From positions 10,458 through 74,457 of the forward strand of contig JAUQVK010000044.1 in NCBI GenBank assembly GCA_039794845.1: DNA of 64,000 nt, read 5' to 3'. Both the position numbers and the translations under genes were made by a program. The notes beneath the pieces are model-generated. The model did not search any database and was not told the origin of the DNA. It worked only from the letters and a program-made list of their open reading frames with translations. Origin of the DNA: Thermostichus sp. DRC_bins_24. Its GTDB lineage: Bacteria; Cyanobacteriota; Cyanobacteriia; Thermostichales; Thermostichaceae. Positions 46,908 to 57,895 of the stretch are shown here, in pieces (position 1 is the stretch's first letter; every line of letters starts with the position of its first letter).

Positions 46908-47383
46908 TGGTTGAAGACCTGCAACCCTCGCAAAAGGATCCCAAGGTGATCATGGTGATGCAACTGCTGGACGAACCTCCGGGAGGGATCCCGTCCCGGT
47001 TGGAGATAGTCACCCTCAGTTGGCACGACCGCCAGCGCTCGCGGCAACGACTGGTGAGCAATTGGGGCACGGAAATTCAGTTGATGCTGCCCCGGGGCAC
47101 CCACCTCCAGGATGGGGATTTGCTCTACGCGGATGCCCAGCGCCAAATTCGCGTCAAGGCCCAAGCCGAGCCTGTGCTCTTGATCCAGCCGGAGAATGTC
47201 TTGCAAATGGGCCGGGTTCTCCACCAAATGGGCAACTGGCATCGCCCCGCCCAAGTTCTCCCGGAAGGACAGGTGCTGGCGTTGGCCGATGACCCGCTGC
47301 GGGATTGGTTAACCCATCTGGGGATCCCGTTTCAAGAGGCTACAAAGCCTTTTCACCCCAACTTGCTGGCCCACAGCCACTAG
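46907..47383 (+). CDS. ureE: Urease accessory protein UreE
   Basis: RQRSRQR, LPRGTHLQDGD, HQMGNWHRP, short C-terminal HSH. Confidence 0.82.
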   Translation: MVEDLQPSQKDPKVIMVMQLLDEPPGGIPSRLEIVTLSWHDRQRSRQRLVSNWGTEIQLMLPRGTHLQDGDLLYADAQRQIRVKAQAEPVLLIQPENVLQMGRVLHQMGNWHRPAQVLPEGQVLALADDPLRDWLTHLGIPFQEATKPFHPNLLAHSH

Positions 47384-47411
47384 CGGATCGGGATCCTGAA
47401 GGGCCACCAGA

Positions 47412-49661
47412 TTAGGGAATGAGCACCACCGGGGAGCGCTTAAAGGCGGGAATATCCGACTGGGGATCCTCTGAGGGGCGGATCAGGTGATTGGCTTCCG
47501 GGTAGAACATCAGCACCGAGCCGGGTTTGATCGGGCCAAGAATGATCTCAATGTTTTCTAGACAACCGGCGACTCCTCGGACGGTGACCCGTTGGTGCGC
47601 CTGAAGGCCGGTTCTGGCTGCATCTTCGGCATTCATCATCACGCAGTGGCGATGGGGCATGCCTCGATAGGGATCCGCCTCTTTGTAAACGACGGTGTTG
47701 TGCTGGCCGTAGGCACGGGCGGTGATCAGAATGAAGGGATGGCCCCCCTGGCTGGGATCCAACCCGACCGCTTCGTGGGTTGGGGGATCCAACTGCGGTA
47801 GAGAAACGGGAAACATCTGGGCTTTGCCACTGGGGGTAGGCCAGGTGGTGTTGTGGACGATACGACCCTGAATGGTGAAGTCTTGCCGGGTTTGAGCAAT
47901 GTCAGCAATGGCTCCATAGCCGGGAATCACCCGGGCGATCACCTGGCGGATGTAGTCGGGATCCCCCATGCGGCTCCAGGGGATGGGGCTTTCTCCCAGC
48001 ACCCGCTGGGCCAAGGTGCAGATGAATTGGAACTCGCTCACCACTTTGCTGCGATCCAAATGGGTTTTACCCGGTTGGTTCAGGCGGACAAAGTTGTTCC
48101 CCGACTCGACGGTGGTGGCAAAGGCTTCTTCCCCCCGCGCCAGTACCGGCAAAAGCAGCGTTTGCCGAGCCGCCAACCCCTGAAAGTGTCCGATATTGGG
48201 TTTCGTGGCCAAATAGACGAGGGTATCCACCTGCGCAAGAGCCTGTCGAGAAAATTGCAAATCGGGGTTGGCCCCGTAGAAATTCCCCCCCAGGCACAAC
48301 AGGGTTCGGATCTCTCCAGCCCTACAGGCACGCATCAAGTGACGGGCACTGTATCCCACCACCCGCTCCAGCGGGCGCCCCACCAAGCCTTCCAACCCAA
48401 CGCGGATGGCCTCCCGCAGATGGCTGGATACCCCCATCGAGCCAAAACCCTGCACATTGCTGTGTCCCCGGATGGGCATGACGCCACAGCCGCGTTTTCC
48501 CGCACTACCCGTCATCAGGGCGGTATTGGCGATGGCAAAGATGTTCTCCACGCCATGGGCTTGTTGGGTGATCCCCATGGCCCAGGCGAAAAGGGTGCGT
48601 CCGGCATGGTCAGCAACAGCTTGCGCAGCGGCGGCAATTTCGGCGTAGGTGAGGCCGCAGGTGCTGAGGATCCCTTCCCAGGAGGTCTGTTGAACCGCCT
48701 CCAGAACCGCCTCATGCTCGAGGGTATGGGCGGCCAAGAAGGCGCGATCCACCCGGTCTTGCTCGATCAGCCACTTTTGCATGCCCAGAAAAACGGCTGC
48801 ATCCGATCCCGGATGGGGTTGTAGATACAACGAGGCGATCTCAGAACCCAGCAACAGGGATCCCACCCGAGCCGGGGTGGCAAACCGCAGCAACCCCACT
48901 TCTCTGACCGGATTGAGGACGATCACCACCCCACCCCGTTGCCGCAGGGCGATCAGCTCGTTCATCAAGCGGGGATGATTGGCTGCCGCATGGGATCCGG
49001 CCAAAACAAAGCACCGGCAATGCTCCAGATCCGCCAGTTCCACCTGGCTGGTGCCGGTGCCAAACATCCGTCCCAGTCCCCGCGTAGAAGGCACATGACA
49101 GAGATCGGAACAATCCGCCAAATGGGGGGATCCCAGCTGGCGCATAAACAGTTGCAAAGCAAAGGCCGCTTCGTTGCTACCGCGACCGGAGCTGTAGGAT
49201 CCCGCCTGTTCGGGAGGATGAGCAGCCAGAGCCTCGCCGATCAGCTGATAGACCTCCGGCCATGAGATGGGCTCGTAGTGCTGGCGGCCCAGGCGATGGA
49301 TCAGGGGTTGGCTAAGGCGGCCCAGGCGCTCGGCCTGGTAGGAGGTGAGCTGGGCCAGTTCCTCCAGGGGGTGTTCTTGAAAAAAGTCCTGGCGGATCCC
49401 AGCTTGTAAGTCGCCCCGTTCCGCCTCCACTCCCTTGGCGCAGCGTTGCAGCGGGCGGCCCAATTCATCCCGAAAGCCTTTGGTGCCCCAGGCACAGGAT
49501 TTGCAGGCGTGCTCATGGAAGAGTTTCTCGGCCAGCGGGATCCCTTGGGGTTGCAGGAGGCTCTCCACCCAGTAGCCCACCACCGGCCAGCCGCCCCCCT
49601 GTTCGGGCAGAGAGGAGGAGGGGGACACCGTTTTGGGGGATGGTGAGGGTCGATCATTCAT
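47412..49661 (-). CDS. FdhF/YdeP family molybdopterin oxidoreductase
   Basis: CKSCAW, SSGRGSNEAAF, DCSDLCH, NHPR, PIRGHSNVQG, MFYPEAN. Confidence 0.88.
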   Translation of the reverse strand: MNDRPSPSPKTVSPSSSLPEQGGGWPVVGYWVESLLQPQGIPLAEKLFHEHACKSCAWGTKGFRDELGRPLQRCAKGVEAERGDLQAGIRQDFFQEHPLEELAQLTSYQAERLGRLSQPLIHRLGRQHYEPISWPEVYQLIGEALAAHPPEQAGSYSSGRGSNEAAFALQLFMRQLGSPHLADCSDLCHVPSTRGLGRMFGTGTSQVELADLEHCRCFVLAGSHAAANHPRLMNELIALRQRGGVVIVLNPVREVGLLRFATPARVGSLLLGSEIASLYLQPHPGSDAAVFLGMQKWLIEQDRVDRAFLAAHTLEHEAVLEAVQQTSWEGILSTCGLTYAEIAAAAQAVADHAGRTLFAWAMGITQQAHGVENIFAIANTALMTGSAGKRGCGVMPIRGHSNVQGFGSMGVSSHLREAIRVGLEGLVGRPLERVVGYSARHLMRACRAGEIRTLLCLGGNFYGANPDLQFSRQALAQVDTLVYLATKPNIGHFQGLAARQTLLLPVLARGEEAFATTVESGNNFVRLNQPGKTHLDRSKVVSEFQFICTLAQRVLGESPIPWSRMGDPDYIRQVIARVIPGYGAIADIAQTRQDFTIQGRIVHNTTWPTPSGKAQMFPVSLPQLDPPTHEAVGLDPSQGGHPFILITARAYGQHNTVVYKEADPYRGMPHRHCVMMNAEDAARTGLQAHQRVTVRGVAGCLENIEIILGPIKPGSVLMFYPEANHLIRPSEDPQSDIPAFKRSPVVLIP

Positions 49662-49711
49662 GGGGTTTTGCAATACGGGAGCAATCTATACCAAAAACAT
49701 AAAACATTCAG

Positions 49712-50047
49712 TTACAGACTATGCTCAGGGTCTAGAAGCTTAACTTGCTCATAGTCTCCTCCATGTTTTTGCAGAGCATCCCAAATATCGACTTTCTGTT
49801 GCAGGTTCAACCATAGCCTAGGGCCATTCCCAAATGCCTTTCCAAGCCGCAGAGCAGTGTCAACAGTTATAGAACGCTTCCCTTGAATGATTTCATTTAC
49901 TGTTCGACGAGAGATCCCCAGCCTTTGCGCCAATTTTGTCTGACTGACCCCTATATCCTCCAAAATGTCGGCAATAATTTCGCCAGGATGCACAGGTCTT
50001 ATTTGCCTGTCTTGAGTAATATCTATGAATTCTTTGGCTTCAGTCAT
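49712..50047 (-). CDS. higA: HigA family antitoxin
   Basis: VHPGEI...HTH...WLNLQ; AT-rich. Confidence 0.92.
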   Translation of the reverse strand: MTEAKEFIDITQDRQIRPVHPGEIIADILEDIGVSQTKLAQRLGISRRTVNEIIQGKRSITVDTALRLGKAFGNGPRLWLNLQQKVDIWDALQKHGGDYEQVKLLDPEHSL

Positions 50048-50133
50048 GGCATCAACCTTGTGTTATTTTGAATTAACTGTAATTGAGATCCCAGTGAATC
50101 AGACATGTATTGCTTGAAAAAATCAGCCAAGAA

Positions 50134-50420
50134 TCAATGATAATCCTCCAAATCCACATCGTAGGCTTCTCCCTCCACAAATCTAAATGCGATTCTCCAG
50201 TTTCCTGATATCTTCACAGAATAAGTTCCTTTGCGATCACCCTTTAATTCATGGAGGTCATAGTCTGGGAGCCTAATATCTTCTAGGCTTTCTGCAGAAT
50301 CAATAACTTCTAGCCTTGCTCTTAATCGTTTCGTCAGTTCACTAGGAAGCCCTTTGGTTGAACCAAGTTTTAAAAGATCTGCTAGATATTTGTTATTAAA
50401 GGATTAAAGGATTGTATCAT
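50134..50420 (-). pseudogene. higB: HigB (RelE/ParE) toxin, frameshifted by an 8-bp duplication
   Basis: Removing one ATTAAAGG copy (50395-50410) restores a 92-aa ORF MIQSFNNKYL...LHELKGDRKGTYSVKISGNWRIAFRF...DLEDYH. Confidence 0.88.
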
Positions 50421-50458
50421 TTCAGAGCCCTATCACATTTGTCCTAAGCGTGAGAGTG

Positions 50459-50481
50459 ACTGTAACGTGACAAGTTACAGT
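50459..50481. promoter_or_regulatory. Probable HigA operator palindrome in the higBA promoter
   Basis: ACTGTAAC-N7-GTTACAGT, abutting a TTGACT -35-like hexamer on the minus strand. Confidence 0.65.
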
Positions 50482-50514
50482 AGTCAAGGTCTAATGCTAT
50501 AGGCTCAATTAACC

Positions 50515-52467
50515 TTAGAGCTTCAGATTATCGATGGGAACTGGCTCTACGGAATCGGCCAGCGGAAATCCGAACACTTGGGCATAAAAGTAAAGCTCTG
50601 CTTCTAGGGCCCGTTTGATATTAGCGGCCTGCCGGAAACCGTGTTGTTCTCCCGCAAAGGGGACGTAGGCCACCGGCAATCCCTTGGCTTTGAGGGCGGC
50701 GACCATCGCTTCCGCTTGGTTGGGAGGCACGATGGCATCTTCCAATCCCTGAAAGAAAATCACCGGGCAATGGAGACGATCCAAGTGATGAATGGGCGAG
50801 CGGGCCTGATAGAGATCCTGTCGCTCCGGGTAGGGGCCGATCAAGCCATCCAAGTAGCGGGATTCAAACTTGTGGGTATCTTTGGCCAGAGCTTCTAGGT
50901 CGCTCACCCCGTAGTAGCTGGCTCCGGCTTTGAACAGGTCATGAAAGGTGAGGGCGGCCAGGGTTGTGTAGCCCCCGGCACTGCCCCCGCTGATCATCAG
51001 CCGTTCCCCATCCACCCGGCCTTGTTCCGTCAAAAACTTGGCTCCAGCCAGACAATCCTCCACATCCACCACGCCCCATTGTCCCTTGAGGGCATCCCGA
51101 TAGGCCCGTCCGTAGCCCGTGCTACCGCGGTAGTTCACATCCAAAACAGCGATGCCCCGGCTGGTCCAGTATTGGATCCCTAAATTCAGCACTGCCGACG
51201 TGGCCCCTGTGGGGCCGCCATGACTTTTCACCAGCAAGGGGGGTTTTTCCCCGGCCGGAGGGACAAAATCTTGATTCTTAGGGGGATAGAAGAACCCATA
51301 GGCCACTTGCCCTGCCCCGGTAGGAAAGGTGATCGCTTGGGGAATGGAGAGATAACCGGGATCTACCGTCAACGAGTTGGAACGGGCCAGCACCTCCACT
51401 GCTCCTGAGGGCAAATCCAAACAGACTAGGGCGGTTGCCTCGCTGGGGGATCCCGCCAGAAACACCGCTTGGTTACCACTGACTTGCAGGCCACTGATCT
51501 GGGTGTAGGGTGGGCCGGATTTGGGCCCACAAGGGATCCCCTGCAACTGCCCGGAAGCCGGATCCACATAAGCCAGATGAGAGACTCCCCCCTGCTCGTA
51601 ACAGGCCAGGATCCGCCCATCCCGGCAAAACCCGTAGGTACTCAGGCCAAACACCCACTGCGGCTCACCAAACTCCGCCTCCAGGGGGCAAAGGGGTTGA
51701 ATGGGATCCGGCCCGTGGGGATCCCAGCGGTAGAGGTTCCACCAGCCCGAGCGATCCGAAACCAAGTAAAGCTCCCCTTGGGGCGACCATTGCGGCTGAA
51801 AAATCGATTCCGTGGGGCCACCGGCGATTTTTTGCGGTTCCGACAAATGGCCATCCGCCTGCACCTGCGCCCACCACAACTCTGTGCCATCCCAGGGCAT
51901 CTGTGGGTGATCCCAAGTTAGCCAGGTGAGGATCCGGCCATCAGGGCTGAGGCGAGGGTTGGCATAGAAATCATGCCCGCAAGCCAGTATGTGCTGGGAT
52001 CCCCCCGACAACTCAATGCTCACCAGACCATTGACCGGCTCCCCCGTGCCGCTGTGATCTTCCCGCACACAGAGGAGGCGTTGGCGGGCCGAATCCACCA
52101 CTCCATCGGCATAGCGATAGGCTCCCTCTGGAGTAATGGGTTGGGGGTGTTCACCGGGGACCAAGCGATAAAGCCGCTGATCGGCAAAATGACAAAAATA
52201 AACGATCCCCTCCTTCACCCAGTAGGCCCCACCCCCGTACTCATGCACGCGTGTTCGTACGTTAAAGGGATCCGGTGTCAGTTCGGTTGGGATCCCATCC
52301 CCAGAACGCCGGATCAGCACATTGCGCCCTTTTTCTTGGGGGCGGCCCTCCGTCCAGTAAAGATCCCCTTGATCCCAGCAGGCCTGGCCCAACCGCAGGG
52401 ATCCCGCCACAATCAAATCGGGGGTAATAGGGGATCGCCAGGAGCCGTATCCAGCCTGCTGCACCAT
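50515..52467 (-). CDS. S9 family peptidase (prolyl oligopeptidase/acylaminoacyl peptidase)
   Basis: [29 protein letters not shown]. Confidence 0.93.
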   Translation of the reverse strand: MVQQAGYGSWRSPITPDLIVAGSLRLGQACWDQGDLYWTEGRPQEKGRNVLIRRSGDGIPTELTPDPFNVRTRVHEYGGGAYWVKEGIVYFCHFADQRLYRLVPGEHPQPITPEGAYRYADGVVDSARQRLLCVREDHSGTGEPVNGLVSIELSGGSQHILACGHDFYANPRLSPDGRILTWLTWDHPQMPWDGTELWWAQVQADGHLSEPQKIAGGPTESIFQPQWSPQGELYLVSDRSGWWNLYRWDPHGPDPIQPLCPLEAEFGEPQWVFGLSTYGFCRDGRILACYEQGGVSHLAYVDPASGQLQGIPCGPKSGPPYTQISGLQVSGNQAVFLAGSPSEATALVCLDLPSGAVEVLARSNSLTVDPGYLSIPQAITFPTGAGQVAYGFFYPPKNQDFVPPAGEKPPLLVKSHGGPTGATSAVLNLGIQYWTSRGIAVLDVNYRGSTGYGRAYRDALKGQWGVVDVEDCLAGAKFLTEQGRVDGERLMISGGSAGGYTTLAALTFHDLFKAGASYYGVSDLEALAKDTHKFESRYLDGLIGPYPERQDLYQARSPIHHLDRLHCPVIFFQGLEDAIVPPNQAEAMVAALKAKGLPVAYVPFAGEQHGFRQAANIKRALEAELYFYAQVFGFPLADSVEPVPIDNLKL

Positions 52468-52552
52468 GAGTTATCGCCGTAACCACTGGGGCGATCCTAG
52501 AGGATCCCTGGCAAAGGTTAAACCCCATCCCCATCCTCTGCCCAGGCCAGCT

Positions 52553-53734
52553 TTACCGGTCAACTTCTCGTGCCGCCCGCACCAACAATCCCGCTGTGAT
52601 TAACCCCGCCAAAACAGAACTGCCCCCATGGCTAAACAGCGGCAAAGGTACCCCCGTTGTGGGCAATGCCCCCGTAACCACGCCGATGTTCAACAGCGAC
52701 TGCCCCACCAAAAACACCACACAGCCACAGGCCACCAGGCGAATCGGGAGCTCACGGCAGCGCAACATCACCCGCAGCCCCACCAAGCTGTAGAGGGTGA
52801 GCAGTCCCAAAAACGACAGGGATCCAACCAAGCCGAACTCTTCTGCAAATACGGAAAAGATGAAGTCGGTGTATTGAATAGGCAAATAGAAGAGCTTTTG
52901 TTGGGAGAGGCCATACCCCTTGCCCCACAAGCCCCCAGAGCCGATGGCCAAGAGACTTTGCACCAGTTGGTAGCCATCCCCTTGGGCGCTGGCCCAGGGA
53001 TCCAGAAAGGCCAATATCCGCCGCCGTTGGTACTCCTTGCTGAGGATGCTGAGCACCGCCGCCGTTGCCCCCAAGCCTGCCGTGCCAAAGAGGGTAAAAG
53101 CGGGGATCCCTGCCGTCCAGGCCATGATCCAGAGGGTGAGGCCACAAATGGCTGTGGTGCCCAGGTTGGGTTGGGTGAGAATGCCCAGCAAACCGATGGC
53201 GAAAATACCCACCCAAGCACAGCGAAACCAGAGAGGATGTTGAAACCAGCGCCCGAACACCCAGGCCCCCTGCAACACCAGTAGGGGCTTGAGAAATTCC
53301 GAAGGTTGAATAATCGGGATCACCTTCAAATCCAGCCAACGGCTGGCCTCCAAACGGGTGACCCCCAAGCCCGGCACATGGGTGGCCCAGACCAAGCCAA
53401 TGCCCAGCAGACAGAGGATCCCCGCCCAGGGAAACCAACGGCGCAGCGGGATCTGCACCAACGCCAAAAAGCTGATCGCCCCCAGCCCCACCCAGATCAA
53501 CTGCCGCTTGAAGAAATAGAGACCATCTCCGGTGATTCTTTGGGCTACGGGGTAAGAGGCAGAAAACAACATCGCCAGCCCCAGCACCACCCAAATCAGG
53601 GTTAGCCAGCGCAACAACCGGGCTTCAGGGTTCCAAGGAAGACTCAGATCCAGCGCGAGGGAGGGATCCCCGGAGGGCTTGGCAGCAGGCTCGGAAATGG
53701 TCGCCACGGTGTTCAAAACTGCGGTACTGGTCAA
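52553..53734 (-). CDS. ftsW: Cell division protein FtsW (SEDS family)
   Basis: QPSEFLK, GYQLVQS, TDFIFSVFAEEFG, PTTGVPLPLFSHGGSS; follows murD. The true start is probably downstream, as the ORF overlaps murD by 110 bp. Confidence 0.9.
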   Translation of the reverse strand: MTSTAVLNTVATISEPAAKPSGDPSLALDLSLPWNPEARLLRWLTLIWVVLGLAMLFSASYPVAQRITGDGLYFFKRQLIWVGLGAISFLALVQIPLRRWFPWAGILCLLGIGLVWATHVPGLGVTRLEASRWLDLKVIPIIQPSEFLKPLLVLQGAWVFGRWFQHPLWFRCAWVGIFAIGLLGILTQPNLGTTAICGLTLWIMAWTAGIPAFTLFGTAGLGATAAVLSILSKEYQRRRILAFLDPWASAQGDGYQLVQSLLAIGSGGLWGKGYGLSQQKLFYLPIQYTDFIFSVFAEEFGLVGSLSFLGLLTLYSLVGLRVMLRCRELPIRLVACGCVVFLVGQSLLNIGVVTGALPTTGVPLPLFSHGGSSVLAGLITAGLLVRAAREVDR

Positions 53735-55061
53735 AACTGGCGCAAGCGGGAGATAACAAGACCGTGATTGGTTGGGTGGGATCCGCCAGGGCTTGGGCTA
53801 GGGAACCAGCCGCTTCAAATGCCCTAACCACCGCTACATCTAGGGTTTGCACGATCTCAACGTCAGTATAGTGGATCCCGTCCAGAGCGGCTGCAAAAGC
53901 CGGAGCCGCCTCCCCGATCAGCAACACCCGCGCCACCTTGGCTTGAATCAACTGCAACCAAGCCTGGGCCTCTCCCTGTTTGGCCTTTCCCCCCGCAATC
54001 AAGATGATCGGGGGTGATACCGCATTCAAACCCACCCAGGCGGCATCGTAGTTGGTGGCTTTGCTGTCGTTGACAAAGTAAACAGGGGTAGAGCCAACCT
54101 GCAGGTGGGCCACCCGCTCCAGGCGGTGGGGCATGCCCGCAAAGGATCGGATTGCCCCTTGAATGGCAGCGTTCGGGATCCCGGCCAGGTGGGCTGCTGC
54201 TGCTGCCATGAGCAGGTTTTGTAGGTTGTGGTGGCCTGGGCAACGCTCGCTGAAGTTTTCTAGGTGGGCGATGGGTTGATCTTCAATCCAAAGGGTCTGC
54301 TGTCGCAAATGTACCGGGGCAAGTGGATTGTGGGTGGAGATCCAGTAGGTGTGATCCCAGTCCCACCGGCGACTCTGCAGATAGGGATCCTCGCCGTTGA
54401 GCACCCGCCAACGGGCCCGATCCAAGAGGCGAGCTTTCAAGCTGGCGTAGTGCTCCAGGGTGCCGTGCCGCTCCAGGTGATCGGGGGTAAACGTCGTCCA
54501 AAGGCCGATCCGCTCCGGCCCAGAGGCGGTGCTGCTCATCAGGCTGGTGCTGGCCTCCAGTTGATAGCTGCTCAGTTCCGCCACGATCCAATCCGGTTGC
54601 AACCTGCCCTGCAGCGTTTCCAGAGCCACCCGGCAGAGGGGGAGGCCGATGTTGCCGCACGGGATCCCCTGCAGCCCCGCCGCCTGAACCATCTCTGCTA
54701 TCAGGGCCGTGGTGGTGCTTTTGCCGTTGGTGCCGGTGATCCCCACCCAGGGCAAGTGGCTGAGACTCCTCCAGGCCAACTCCGCCTCCCCCAGCACCTC
54801 GATTCCCTTGTGGCGGGCCAACTCCAACAGCGGATGATCCCAGCGAATGCCGGGGCTGACCACCACCTGCTCCACCCCAGGTTGCAGTTGAAACGGTTCT
54901 CCCAGTGTGACCGGGATCCCCTCTTGCTCGAGAGTTGCCTGCAGTTGCCGCAAGGAATCCGAATCCTGTTCATCCCAGGCCAGCACCTCGTGCCCTTGGG
55001 CCCGTAACAGCCGCGCTGCCGCCTGACCGGCTATGCCCAACCCCAAAACCTGTTGTTGCAC
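53625..55061 (-). CDS. murD: UDP-N-acetylmuramoylalanine--D-glutamate ligase
   Basis: GITGTNGKSTT, ELSSYQL, DHLERH, NDSKATN, LSPACASFDQY. Confidence 0.95.
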   Translation of the reverse strand: MQQQVLGLGIAGQAAARLLRAQGHEVLAWDEQDSDSLRQLQATLEQEGIPVTLGEPFQLQPGVEQVVVSPGIRWDHPLLELARHKGIEVLGEAELAWRSLSHLPWVGITGTNGKSTTTALIAEMVQAAGLQGIPCGNIGLPLCRVALETLQGRLQPDWIVAELSSYQLEASTSLMSSTASGPERIGLWTTFTPDHLERHGTLEHYASLKARLLDRARWRVLNGEDPYLQSRRWDWDHTYWISTHNPLAPVHLRQQTLWIEDQPIAHLENFSERCPGHHNLQNLLMAAAAAHLAGIPNAAIQGAIRSFAGMPHRLERVAHLQVGSTPVYFVNDSKATNYDAAWVGLNAVSPPIILIAGGKAKQGEAQAWLQLIQAKVARVLLIGEAAPAFAAALDGIHYTDVEIVQTLDVAVVRAFEAAGSLAQALADPTQPITVLLSPACASFDQYRSFEHRGDHFRACCQALRGSLPRAGSESSLEP

Positions 55062-55229
55062 GTTGGTGTTTACTTTACCTTGTTGGTGAGGAATCCCGTT
55101 CGATCTTACCGAAAGCTCCCTCCCCCACCCGAGAAGGTGGGATCCCGAACCGACAGCCGCCGGGGAGATATGCCTTAATTAGGAAATGAATTAAATGATC
55201 CCGTACATCTCGCCTGCTTGAGAACCTGC

Positions 55230-56603
55230 ATGTCACAGCCTACCCCGCGCCAAACCCTCACCGAGGGCCCCGTCGGATCCCAGTTGATTCGCCTGACGCT
55301 GCCGATGATCTGGGGCATTTTCGCCGTCATGGCGATCGAGCTGGCGGATGCCTATTTTGTCGGGCAACTGGGCACGCCGGAGCTGGCGGCCATGAGCTTT
55401 ACCTTTCCGGTGACGATGGTGCTGAGCAACCTGGCGATTGGTTTGGGGGTAGGGGCTTCTTCGGTAATCGCCCGGGCAATCGGGGAAGGCAATCTGGAGC
55501 GGGTGCAGCGGCTCACCACCAACAGCCTGGTTCTGTCTTTTCTGATTGTGGTGGTGTGTGTTCTTTTCGGATTTTTGACGTTGGATCCGTTGTTTACAGC
55601 GCTGGGGGCGGATCCCGACATTTTGCCCCTGATCCGCGAATACATGCACATTTGGTATTTGGGCATGGTGTTCCTGGTGGTGCCGATGGTGGGCAATACG
55701 GCGATCCGCGCCGCCGGCAACTCTGAAATCCCCAGCCTGATCATGACCCTGGCGGCCATCACCAACATTGGCCTCAACCCGCTGTTGATCTTTGGCTTGG
55801 CCGGCTTTCCGCGCCTGGAATTGCAAGGGGCTGCTTTGGCGACGGTGGCAGCACGGGCCTTGAGCCTGGTTTTGGCCTTGCTCTTTCTGCATTTTCGTCA
55901 GCACATGCTCAGCCTCTTTCTCCCGACTTGGGAGGATGTGTCCGGCTGTTGGTCGCGGATTTTGCACGTGGGGTTGCCGGCTGCCGGGACCAACATGGTT
56001 ATCCCGATCTCGGCGGGGATCATCACCAGCTTGATGGCCGGGTTTGGCCCAGAGGCCGTGGCCGGCTTTGGGGTGGCCTCTCGCTTGGAGTTGCTGTCTC
56101 TATCGGCTTTGGCGGCCCTTGCCACCAGTGTTGCCCCCTTTATCGGCCAAAATTGGGGGGCCAAACGATACGGGCGTGTTCAGCAAAGTTTAAGGCTGAG
56201 CTTTTGCTTCTGCGTGGGCTGGGGGGCTTTGATGACGGTGTTGCTCGGTCTGGGATCCACGACCATTGCCGCCCAATTTGACAACAACCCGGATGTTATC
56301 GAAGTTACCGCTTCTTATCTGCGCATCGTGCCCCTTAGCTATGCCGGCACGGGCTTGATTCTGACGGTGAGTGCGGCTTTTAATGCTTTAGGCAAGCCCC
56401 TGGCGGCGGTGGTCCTATCGCTCACCCGCATGTTTTTGGTTTACATTCCCCTCGCCTATGTAGGCAGCCTGTGGATGGGGGTGAATGGCGTGTTTTTGGC
56501 TGCTTGTGTTGCCAATTTGGGGGTGGGCCTGGGAGCGATCTGGTGGTCGCGGCGCAGTGAGCAGTTTCGACCGCCGGTGCTGGTGGAGCAGCCGCTGCTG
56601 TGA
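55230..56603 (+). CDS. MATE family efflux transporter
   Basis: About 12 TMs; GAALAT; FIGQNWGA. Confidence 0.9.
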   Translation: MSQPTPRQTLTEGPVGSQLIRLTLPMIWGIFAVMAIELADAYFVGQLGTPELAAMSFTFPVTMVLSNLAIGLGVGASSVIARAIGEGNLERVQRLTTNSLVLSFLIVVVCVLFGFLTLDPLFTALGADPDILPLIREYMHIWYLGMVFLVVPMVGNTAIRAAGNSEIPSLIMTLAAITNIGLNPLLIFGLAGFPRLELQGAALATVAARALSLVLALLFLHFRQHMLSLFLPTWEDVSGCWSRILHVGLPAAGTNMVIPISAGIITSLMAGFGPEAVAGFGVASRLELLSLSALAALATSVAPFIGQNWGAKRYGRVQQSLRLSFCFCVGWGALMTVLLGLGSTTIAAQFDNNPDVIEVTASYLRIVPLSYAGTGLILTVSAAFNALGKPLAAVVLSLTRMFLVYIPLAYVGSLWMGVNGVFLAACVANLGVGLGAIWWSRRSEQFRPPVLVEQPLL

Positions 56604-56674
56604 TCCCACGTGATCCCGGTCGTGATGCCGCAAGAGATGAGCCAAGATAGAAAAACTGTTTAGACGGGATCCTG

Positions 56675-57718
56675 ATGCCTGCGCCTTCCCGTTGGCCTGT
56701 TTGGGCTAAACTCAACAATTCTCAGCTGTTGCGCATTCTGCTGATCTTAGCTTGCGCTTGGGCTGTGGCGCAGGTGCTGAGCTTTTTTGAGCTGGTGATC
56801 ACCATTTTTGTGATCGCGGCGATCATGGCCTATCTGCTCAGTTACCCCGTGGGCTGGCTGACGCGCTTTTTCTCTCACAATTTTTCGGTCTACCTGGTAA
56901 CTTTTGTTACAGTCATTTTCCTGTCTAGCATGACGGCGGTGATCGGTTTAACGCTGATTTCACAACTGCCGCAACTCCAGGAGAGCATCGCGACGTTCCT
57001 GAATACGGTTTTTAATGCCATCGATCAGTTGGAGCGCTTGCTGGGCAATTTCAACATCGAGGTGGACATTCAGGAGTTTGAACAGCAGATCAAAGACCAA
57101 ACCCTGAACCTACTGGGATCCGGGGTATTGACCCTGCGCAGCCTCCTCTTCAGCTTGGTCAATCTGCTGTTGATCTTCATTGTGGCCTTCTTCATGTTGC
57201 TGGATGGCAAGCGGCTGTGGAGCCTGTTTCTCAAGCCGTTTCCTGAGGAATGGCAAGCCCGCATTACCGAAACCGTGCGGCGCAATTTCTTGGGCTTTTT
57301 CTGGGGACGGGTGGTGTTGTCGTTTTTCTTTGCCATCTCAACGTTTTTGGTGTTTTTGATCCTCGCGATCCCTTCGGCCTTGACGTTGTCGTTAATTGCA
57401 GGCCTGTTTGATCTGATCCCAGGGATTGGGGCCACCATCGGCATTAGCTTGATCGCCCTCATTCTTCTGCCCAAAAGTGTGTGGTTGTCCCTTCAAGTCT
57501 TGGTGGTTTGCATTTCTTTGCAGCAGGTGGAGGAAAACTTGCTTTTGCCCCGCGTGATGCAGGGATCCCTGAACATCAACCCCGTGGTGATGTTTTTTTC
57601 CCTGTTTGTGGGGGGCACGCTGGCCGGGCTCTTAGGGGTGTTCTTGGCGATTCCGGTGACGGGGGTGTTGATCAACCTGCTGGAGATCGATGAGATGAAG
57701 GGGGATCCGAAACGATGA
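56675..57718 (+). CDS. AI-2E family transporter
   Basis: DLIPGIG, QQVEENLLLPRVM, GLLGVFLAIP. Confidence 0.9.
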   Translation: MPAPSRWPVWAKLNNSQLLRILLILACAWAVAQVLSFFELVITIFVIAAIMAYLLSYPVGWLTRFFSHNFSVYLVTFVTVIFLSSMTAVIGLTLISQLPQLQESIATFLNTVFNAIDQLERLLGNFNIEVDIQEFEQQIKDQTLNLLGSGVLTLRSLLFSLVNLLLIFIVAFFMLLDGKRLWSLFLKPFPEEWQARITETVRRNFLGFFWGRVVLSFFFAISTFLVFLILAIPSALTLSLIAGLFDLIPGIGATIGISLIALILLPKSVWLSLQVLVVCISLQQVEENLLLPRVMQGSLNINPVVMFFSLFVGGTLAGLLGVFLAIPVTGVLINLLEIDEMKGDPKR

Positions 57719-57895
57719 AGGGGGATCCCTGGATGGGTTGGATGCGACAGCTTTTGCCCAGCGGTTGTGGGTGCGTTGTGGGTAACGGCAAGTTGCAACC
57801 CATGAAGAAACCGCAGGGATCCCCGCCCCAAACCTTGCTTCTGCTGCCGCTGCGATGTCACGATTCGTAAAGCCCTTTACCTTGATCCCCCTTCC

